Assembly: GCA_964514965.1 (NCBI GenBank)
Contig: CAZETV010000001.1
Span: forward strand, 150,001-182,000
Length of the DNA stretch: 32,000 bases
Direction of reading: 5' to 3'
Source of the DNA: Candidatus Hadarchaeota archaeon
GTDB taxonomy: Archaea > Hadarchaeota > Hadarchaeia > Hadarchaeales > Hadarchaeaceae
Shown here in pieces: positions 25,775 to 32,000 of this stretch (the first letter of the stretch is position 1; each line of letters begins with the position of its first letter). Both the position numbers and the translations under genes were made by a program. Below the pieces are notes generated by a model, which worked only from the letters and a program-made list of their open reading frames with translations, searched no databases and had not been told where the DNA came from.

Positions 25775-26146
25775 TCACTTCGATTTGATTTTCTGCAAGT
25801 CTTCCTTGAATTCATCCCATCTTTTTTCCACGTCGCCCCCGCTTTTCTTCACGAGGGTCTTACGGACTTTTTTCCCATCCGGCCTCAAACCCGTTATAGT
25901 TATGTTAACTTCATTTCCTCTAAATTTGCGCGTGCTCACATCAGTTATTTTTTGAATTGTGATTGGCCGGTGCCCGCGATTGAGGATGACGCCGCCCTTG
26001 CTGAAAACGATTTCCCGTATGGCAAGGCGCGGGTACAGTATGGCGGGGTACATGAAGGAGATTATGGCGAGCACGGGGAGTATTATCGTGAAAATGTCCA
26101 TCACCAATGTTGTGTACAAGGGAGCGGGGCCCATCGCCTCCCGCAT
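25775..26146 (-). CDS. hypothetical membrane protein with a bacterial-PH-like (YdbS/YdbT-type) C-terminal domain
   Basis: 123 aa from ATG 26146: a TM helix, then IVFSKGGVILNRGHRPITIQKITDVSTRK...NITITG. The frame stays open and hydrophobic up to 26239, where a CTG follows an AAGGTGAT box. See findings. Confidence 0.5.
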   Translation of the reverse strand: MREAMGPAPLYTTLVMDIFTIILPVLAIISFMYPAILYPRLAIREIVFSKGGVILNRGHRPITIQKITDVSTRKFRGNEVNITITGLRPDGKKVRKTLVKKSGGDVEKRWDEFKEDLQKIKSK

Positions 26147-26378
26147 TACAAAGAAGATCAGAAATAAAAACAGGAGCGCAATCCCTAGGGATATGAATGC
26201 GAACGGTTTCCTCTGTTGATAATGATAAACCTTTTCCAGCGAATCACCTTCCGTTAAAACTTTTACCCACTATTTAAAACGTTTTGCCTACTCCGATTAA
26301 AGCAACAATTTTTCGAGCGCATAGCGGAAACATTTTTTTCCTTTTATAAACATCAGGCCCCAATAAGAGGGGTGGAGG

Positions 26379-27179
26379 ATGAAATTGATGAGATCGGAGG
26401 ATGAAACTGAGCCATCTCGCCGTTTGCTCCCAAAGCGGAAAAGACGTGTGCTTTGGAAACTCATCGTCGCGGTGCTGGCAGTCGTGGTGGTTGTTGCCGC
26501 TGTGATGGTGCTGAAGCCATGGGAAAGATTAGGTGAGGGAAATGACGAAGCGGGAGAAAATGTGCTCTTTCAGTACCAAGCCAACTTTGCCTATCTGGGC
26601 TCAGAGGACAACCTGCCGATCGAGAACGTGGGGATAACACTCCCTTGCCCCAATATAGAAAACGAAGGAGTAATGGCGTTTATGGATACGCGCGGGTACA
26701 CGCGGACGCTTTACTGGCAGGACAATGAAAATATGTTATATCCACAAACAGTGGAGACTCCAATTTTAATACTTGAAAATGGTGAGACCTACACAACAGA
26801 TAATGTCCAGGTTTACGAGCTGAGATTTCCAAGAACCTCCGCTCCTGAAATCCGCTCTAGAGGGGATTTTACAATAGATGGGCCGAAAATTAACTATGTG
26901 CTAGATAAACTTTACACAAGAGAAGTGTTCTGTGTTTCAAATGTTGTATCAGTTCCCCAAGATAAAGCGGAGAGAGTAACACTTCGTAACTACGGGGACA
27001 ACGAATGGAGAAGTTCTGCGGGCTATTACTACCCCTACGGCAGTTCGCCTCCAGGAGAACCTATTAATTTATTGTTTTGGATACAGCTTTCAAAGAAAGT
27101 TGGTGAGAATTATGAAGTGGTTGAAACTTTTAGTCGAACTGCAGAAAATGCCGAATATGGCTGGTGGTGGTTATACTAA
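26379..27179 (+). CDS. hypothetical membrane-anchored extracytoplasmic protein
   Basis: 266 aa. A strong GAGGGGTGGAGG box precedes ATG 26379. Basic N-terminus plus one TM helix (LWKLIVAVLAVVVVVAAVMVL), then a soluble domain ending in GWWWLY. Confidence 0.6.
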   Translation: MKLMRSEDETEPSRRLLPKRKRRVLWKLIVAVLAVVVVVAAVMVLKPWERLGEGNDEAGENVLFQYQANFAYLGSEDNLPIENVGITLPCPNIENEGVMAFMDTRGYTRTLYWQDNENMLYPQTVETPILILENGETYTTDNVQVYELRFPRTSAPEIRSRGDFTIDGPKINYVLDKLYTREVFCVSNVVSVPQDKAERVTLRNYGDNEWRSSAGYYYPYGSSPPGEPINLLFWIQLSKKVGENYEVVETFSRTAENAEYGWWWLY

Positions 27180-29275
27180 TGATGCAACGAAGGATATTGC
27201 GGCGTTGGCAAGTTCGCTCCATAATCTCTTTTAAGTTGATCCCACACCTCCTCAAAAGACGGACCATATGATACCTCATTTGGAGCAAAACCTCGGAAAT
27301 CGGTACTACCATCTGGAAAAGTAATCAAGATACCTAGACGGCTCTCCTTATCGGTAAACCCTCCGTCAACTATCTTAACACTAAGTGAGTTCATCGAATT
27401 GCTTCCTGACCAAAGGTACTCAGTTTCGTATGTATTGATATCATCCATTGATGAACTTGATAATGGCTTGGGTGAAGTACTCAGGTTCAGGTTATATCCC
27501 TCTGTCTTCACTAGCTTTCCGTTCGAGTCGTAAGCGCAAATAGTGACCGGGTGCGGTGAACCGCTCGTGCTGGAATAAGGTTTCATGTTGAGCGTAGTCT
27601 GAGCCGGTGACGCGAAGCTAAGACGAGTCGAACCAACCGTCGCCTGCACTCCATCCGCATCAGCAGCCAGCTGGACATCTCCCTGATAGCCGTTCTTCGG
27701 CGTCACTATTATCGCGGTCTGCCTCGATTCCCAGTTTTCCAAGGAGTAGTCGGTCACGGAATAGGTGGTGGCGGTAACCTTGTAGTTCACCCGGAGGTTC
27801 CGAATCGAGTCGCTTCTCGCCGGTTCGGTCAGTGAAGTTTTTGTCTCCCAGACCGCGGTCGGTTGACCCGTCACCGTTTGTCCGTCGCTCAGGTTGTAAA
27901 AAGTCTCCTTCGACAAGACCTCACCGCTCCCAGCCAAACCCCAGCTGTATGTCTTTCCGACCCAGTACTGAGCAGCCTCGGCCTCCGTGTAGACCGTGAA
28001 TGCGTGCGTGCCGTTGTACGCCGCCCCCCAATAGTCCCATTCCTCGGCGGTTATGCGCCACTCTGTCGTGTAGCCGGGGACGCGGATGGTCTTGTATCCG
28101 TCCCGCACCGTGCGAGTCGAGTAGATGGGTCTGCCGAGGTCATCTTCCCAGTAAGAGGTATCGCACCAGTAGAGTTGGGGCTCCCACCTGCTACTGGTGA
28201 CCCAAGAGCGGGTGTACTTGTAGTAGCCCACGCGATAGCTGTAGCCGGACACGTAACTGCTGCTGTCCCGGTAGTAGTAACTGCGTTTCCAGCCCTCATA
28301 CCACGATCCGCCCTCGGTGAAGCTCGAGCCCTTGTAGGAATCGAAGTACTTGTAGCCGCTACTGTAGTAGTACCAGCCACCCCATCCAAACCAGTTCCAG
28401 TTGCGGCGGTACTCGTAGTAGTGATACTTGTAATTCCAACTGTATACCGGAGACGAACTCTTCCAGTAATTGCGCTTCTCGCTGTACCCGTGGTGGGTCG
28501 AGTCGTAGTTGTAATATTGAATGCCCGTTTGTGCGCTGTCGTAGGAGCTCTTTGAAACCGTTGACGAGCTGTATCCAGCGTATTTCCAATCGCCCCAGTG
28601 GGAGGTGTCCACGTAGCCGGGCAGCCAGTACCCGCTCTCGACCCACTTCTGCGCGTACCCGGAGACGTAGGTTTCAGTTCGATAATTGGGCACGCTCGCG
28701 TTGTACCCCGCGAACTGCTCGTAGGTATAACCAGTCAGGGCTCTGTTCTCCCCTGTGTAGGAATAGGAGTAAGGCGTCCATCCTCGCGTCAGGCTACCGG
28801 AAGTCTCCCCGAGCTCCAAATCGAACGGCTCGTAATCGAGGGGAATTCGCAGGTTGTGGTGCTCGCCCGATTTGATATTGTCCTCGATGGTGCGTTTGTT
28901 GAAACCACAGCAAGGATGACTCTTGTTGTAGCCTGAATGGCCCTCGTTGATGATTAAGAAATATTCGTGATTCTCTCCACCGGGGAGCACGATTTTAAAA
29001 TAACCGTTTTCATCGGTCTTGACATCAATCGGAATGTAATCGGAGTGGGCCCAGCCGATAATGCTCGCGTTTTCAATCCCTCCGCCGTTGTTATCGACGA
29101 CGAACCCATCGATTATCATCGAGCGCTCGACCTGAATCACGTACTTGACATAGTCACTTTGCATGTTGTCTGCCAAAGTTAGAGGCGATGAAGCCAACAA
29201 GAGCATGAAAACGAGCGGGACTGAGAGTAAAATAGCCCAAGCTCTTCGCCATGCCCCCAAACTTTCAGCCTCCAA
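27176..29275 (-). CDS. secreted protein with an extremely Tyr/Trp/Ser/Gly-rich central region (unrecognised family)
   Basis: 699-aa ORF. Signal-like peptide (AWRRAWAILLSVPLVFMLLLASSPLTLA-DN; an alternative TTG start at 29260 has GGAGG 8 nt upstream). N-terminal block resembling a carboxypeptidase-regulatory-like beta-sandwich. Aromatic-rich core at about aa 163-451. Ser/Thr-rich C-terminal part. Confidence 0.75.
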   Translation of the reverse strand: MEAESLGAWRRAWAILLSVPLVFMLLLASSPLTLADNMQSDYVKYVIQVERSMIIDGFVVDNNGGGIENASIIGWAHSDYIPIDVKTDENGYFKIVLPGGENHEYFLIINEGHSGYNKSHPCCGFNKRTIEDNIKSGEHHNLRIPLDYEPFDLELGETSGSLTRGWTPYSYSYTGENRALTGYTYEQFAGYNASVPNYRTETYVSGYAQKWVESGYWLPGYVDTSHWGDWKYAGYSSSTVSKSSYDSAQTGIQYYNYDSTHHGYSEKRNYWKSSSPVYSWNYKYHYYEYRRNWNWFGWGGWYYYSSGYKYFDSYKGSSFTEGGSWYEGWKRSYYYRDSSSYVSGYSYRVGYYKYTRSWVTSSRWEPQLYWCDTSYWEDDLGRPIYSTRTVRDGYKTIRVPGYTTEWRITAEEWDYWGAAYNGTHAFTVYTEAEAAQYWVGKTYSWGLAGSGEVLSKETFYNLSDGQTVTGQPTAVWETKTSLTEPARSDSIRNLRVNYKVTATTYSVTDYSLENWESRQTAIIVTPKNGYQGDVQLAADADGVQATVGSTRLSFASPAQTTLNMKPYSSTSGSPHPVTICAYDSNGKLVKTEGYNLNLSTSPKPLSSSSMDDINTYETEYLWSGSNSMNSLSVKIVDGGFTDKESRLGILITFPDGSTDFRGFAPNEVSYGPSFEEVWDQLKRDYGANLPTPQYPSLHH

Positions 29276-29352
29276 TTCTCATTTTCCAAACTCATTCAAA
29301 CTTAAATGTGTTTGCATCTGTTACAGGGTGTTGACAAAGGGGCTCGGCGTGG

Positions 29353-30282
29353 TCAACGAACTCTAGCGATCTCCAACACCTCGCGCGCGAGCCTTACCCT
29401 CGTGGCGACATTCGGCATGAGCAAATCTGCGAGCGCGGTGCTAATCCCGAACTCCTCAACCGCCCGCGCACGCTTTCTGTCGCTCCAATCGAGAACCAGA
29501 CTGCCTATTATGCCCCGGTACACTTTAGCCACGCCGAGAGGGCTCACCTTGTAGCCCAACCCTCTCATCAGCTCCCCCGCCGGACCGCTGACCGCAGCGT
29601 TGCCCACGATCGGGCTCACCGCCACCACGCGCTCCCTGTTTCTGATGATCTCATCCTGAATATCCTCGATCGCCAAGATTGGTCCTATGCTCGTCACGGG
29701 GTTGCTGGGGCCGATTATAATTAAATCCGCTGTTTTAATCGCCTCGAGAACCCCGGGCGCTGGTCTCGCCTCTTCCGCCCCTTCGAATCTCACATTCTTG
29801 ACCATGTCGGCAGCGCGCCTTCGGACCCAGAACTCGTGAAACGACATCGGGCCCGCTTCAGTCTCGACGCGCGTTTGAACGCGGTCGTCCGACATCGGGA
29901 GCAAGCTCACCCGCACCCCAAGTTGATGGCAGAGCTCTTGGGTAACCTCTGAGAGCGGCCTTTCTTGCCTCAACGCCAGCGTCCGCCGAAGCTTCACTGC
30001 CCGGTCCCGGTCGCCTATCCTGAGAAGCTCGGGCTCGCCAAGCCGTTTCAGCATCTCGTGGCACGTGAATGTGTCCCCGCGAATCCCGTACCATGTCTCC
30101 TCGTTCACGATGCCAGCCAGCGTGTACATGACCGTATCCAAATCCGGGGAGATGCACAGGCCTGAGACCTCTAAATCCTCACCTGTGTTCACGATCACCG
30201 ATATTTTGTCCTGCCCGACCAGTCGAACCAGCCCTTGCAAAAGTTTGGGCGTGCCGGTGCCGCCTGAAAGCACAGCTATCAT
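29353..30282 (-). CDS. cofD: 2-phospho-L-lactate transferase (F420 biosynthesis)
   Basis: 309 aa. MIAVLSGGTGTPKLLQGL N-terminus, SVIVNTGED and ISPDLDTVMYTLAG blocks are typical of CofD. Confidence 0.9.
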   Translation of the reverse strand: MIAVLSGGTGTPKLLQGLVRLVGQDKISVIVNTGEDLEVSGLCISPDLDTVMYTLAGIVNEETWYGIRGDTFTCHEMLKRLGEPELLRIGDRDRAVKLRRTLALRQERPLSEVTQELCHQLGVRVSLLPMSDDRVQTRVETEAGPMSFHEFWVRRRAADMVKNVRFEGAEEARPAPGVLEAIKTADLIIIGPSNPVTSIGPILAIEDIQDEIIRNRERVVAVSPIVGNAAVSGPAGELMRGLGYKVSPLGVAKVYRGIIGSLVLDWSDRKRARAVEEFGISTALADLLMPNVATRVRLAREVLEIARVR

Positions 30283-30450
30283 TGAATTTTCACTCCCGCT
30301 CGGAACCCTCCAAACCCTGGAGGATTCTATGTTGTCTTTAGATTTAAAAATAAAACTAGACGTGATGTTGAAAAATGGAAAATAGAAAAATTAAAAAGTG
30401 AATTGCATATATTTATCTCCTTGTCCGAATCTTATCCAAGAGGCGAAACC

Positions 30451-31017
30451 ATGGCTGAAAAGTTAAACTTGGCTAACCCGGCGGCTCTGGGTCTAGGCGG
30501 CTTTGCCTTAACAACCTTCATCCTGAACATGGTGAACGCAGGGATAATCCCCGCAGAAAGCTTGGGAATGGTCTTTCCGATGGGACTTTTCTATGGAGGT
30601 CTAGCGCAATTTGCCGCGGGGATGTGGGACGTCAAAAGAGGAGACATCTTCGGCGGGACCTGCTTCACATCATTCGGCGCATTCTGGATCGGTTTGGCGC
30701 TGATGATTCTCTTGGAAACTGTAGGGATCATACCGAAAGTTCCGCCCGCGGGCATGGCCGTTTTCCTAATCGCATGGGGAATCTTCACGGCCTACGCCAC
30801 GGTAGGCGCCCTGAGAATTTCTTGGGGCATAACAACGGTCTTCGTGACTTTAACTCTCTTGTTTTTCCTTCTGGCGGCAGGGGAATTCAACTCGGTGATC
30901 AAAACGATCGCGGGGTACGAAGGAATTTTCTGCGCCCTCACCGCTTGGTACTGTTCGGCGGGCATTCTCATAAACACTATTTATAAAAGAGAGGTAGTGC
31001 CACTCGGAGAACGCTAG
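30451..31017 (+). CDS. satP: GPR1/FUN34/YaaH family acetate/succinate channel
   Basis: Start at ATG 30451 (MAEKLNLANPAALGLGGFALTTFILN). The NPAxLGL signature and 6 TM helices are present. Confidence 0.85.
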   Translation: MAEKLNLANPAALGLGGFALTTFILNMVNAGIIPAESLGMVFPMGLFYGGLAQFAAGMWDVKRGDIFGGTCFTSFGAFWIGLALMILLETVGIIPKVPPAGMAVFLIAWGIFTAYATVGALRISWGITTVFVTLTLLFFLLAAGEFNSVIKTIAGYEGIFCALTAWYCSAGILINTIYKREVVPLGER

Positions 31018-31062
31018 ATTTCTTAGATAGATTGAATCGGCTAGTGTAATAAATAGCCAAGG

Positions 31063-31812
31063 TTACCTAAAGAGATCTCGCTCCGGCGGCATCACAAGCT
31101 CTTTCGCGTTTCCTTTCCCTCGCTCGTAGATTGCTCCCTTGACAACAATCACTGGAGTGCCCTCGTTTGCCTCCCCCATGATTGAAACCGCTGCCGCAGC
31201 CAAAGAGTCGGCGGGGGAAGTTATCGTCACGAGGAGCTCTCTGTCGTGGAGGTCTCGCTTTCCCCGCAGGTCGAGAAGCGGACTCATCCCAGCGACGCCA
31301 ATAGCAACGCCAACACAGCCCATTCTGAAGGCCCGCCCCTGAGTATCGGATACAATCACCGAAACCTCCGCGCCAAGTTCGCGTTTGATGAAATCCCGAA
31401 TTCTGGCAGCGCTCGCATCAGGGTCGTCTGATAGAGTCGTGACATGTTCCGGGTCGACATTCGAGCGGTCGACGCCGGCGTTCGCGCAGACGAAGCCGTG
31501 CTTGGTGCGAGAAATTATCAAATGCTCAAGCCTCACGATTTCACTGGATTGCCGTAAAATTACCTCGACCTCGCGGGGGTCCTTGTCAAGCCGTGCCGCT
31601 ATCTTTTCGGCCTTTTTGCTTGGCTTTACCCCGCGCAGGTCGACGATATTTCCCTCCGCCTTTGAAACGATCGTCTGCGCGACGACGATGACATCTCCGT
31701 CCTCCAAACGCAACCCTTGTTTTTGCGCCGCGTCCACGATGAGTTTCCCCACCTCGTCGCCCTTTTTCACCAGCGGCAACTCCTTGAGCGCGATGAGCTG
31801 CACCTGAGACAC
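31063..31812 (-). CDS. cofE: coenzyme F420-0:L-glutamate ligase
   Basis: 249 aa. KHGFVCANAGVDRSN, SDTQGRAFRMGCVGVAIGVAG and ADSLAAAAVSIMGEANEGTPVIVVKG are typical CofE blocks. Confidence 0.9.
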   Translation of the reverse strand: MSQVQLIALKELPLVKKGDEVGKLIVDAAQKQGLRLEDGDVIVVAQTIVSKAEGNIVDLRGVKPSKKAEKIAARLDKDPREVEVILRQSSEIVRLEHLIISRTKHGFVCANAGVDRSNVDPEHVTTLSDDPDASAARIRDFIKRELGAEVSVIVSDTQGRAFRMGCVGVAIGVAGMSPLLDLRGKRDLHDRELLVTITSPADSLAAAAVSIMGEANEGTPVIVVKGAIYERGKGNAKELVMPPERDLFR

Positions 31813-31858
31813 CGAGGAGTATTATAGCATGGCTACCTTAAATCCGAAAGGTGTAGAG

Positions 31859-32000
31859 ATGAATTTCGGTGTTGAATTCGTTCCTTATCTGACGCTGGAC
31901 GCCCTGGTCAGGCTGGCCCGATTGGTCGAGCGCTCCGGCTTCGAGCAGATTTGGGTCTGCGACCACTACCACAACCGCTACATCTACCCCGTGCTCACCC
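31859..32000 (+). CDS. F420-dependent luciferase-like (LLM) oxidoreductase, Mer-like; 5' fragment truncated by the window end
   Basis: MNFGVEFVPYLTLDALVRLARLVERSGFEQIWVCDHYHNR matches the N-terminus of methylene-H4MPT reductase/LLM enzymes (MKFGIEFVP...DHY.N). An in-frame ATG at 31829 is an alternative start. Confidence 0.6.
   Translation, partial: MNFGVEFVPYLTLDALVRLARLVERSGFEQIWVCDHYHNRYIYPVLT

Noticed and set aside
27863-28555. 230-aa plus-strand ORF (and others at 28000-28936) antisense to the Tyr-rich gene
   Set aside because: They stay open only because the complements of the abundant TAC/TAT/TGG/AGC codons lack stops. They have no start context, and the minus-strand frame has a signal peptide and domain-like N- and C-termini.

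Overview
This is an archaeal chromosomal segment, densely coded on both strands. Archaeal hallmarks are PAN, TFE-alpha, TrpB2, the cof genes, a tRNA without encoded CCA, and GGTG/GGAGG Shine-Dalgarno boxes. There is no rRNA, CRISPR array or transposase. Order of content: (1) 0.16-5.6 kb holds a mevalonate-pathway cluster of the aconitase-X/UbiD (archaeal) type: mvk, a UbiD-like decarboxylase, and the AcnX large and small subunits. A eukaryote-like TIP49/RuvBL ATPase sits inside it and a tightly coupled 78-aa unknown follows it. (2) tRNA-Val(CAC). (3) An ABC-2 exporter pair whose ATPase gene is frame-broken at an A5 run. (4) A homospermidine synthase plus ornithine-decarboxylase-like operon. 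(5) A short NiCoT-signature metal transporter with a His-rich loop. (6) A 304-bp insertion with perfect 10-bp terminal inverted repeats and 9-bp flanking direct repeats, carrying a 60-aa ORF. (7) Housekeeping genes: an HD hydrolase, TFE-alpha with a Lys-rich tail, HflX, PAN, a candidate C/D-box sRNA, TrpB2 and a NatAB-like ABC pair. (8) A low-GC PKD/transglutaminase-like surface protein gene, split by a second A5 frame break. (9) A GC-rich block with a polyprenyl synthase and the F420 biosynthesis genes cofC, cofG, cofD and cofE, plus a Mer-like F420 oxidoreductase and satP. This block is interrupted at 23.8-29.3 kb by an AT-richer island of uncharacterised regulator, membrane and secreted proteins. 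The island includes a 699-aa secreted protein with an extraordinarily Tyr/Trp-rich core, which I rate the most novel object in the window. All functional calls rest on motifs I recognise by eye; no database search was run.
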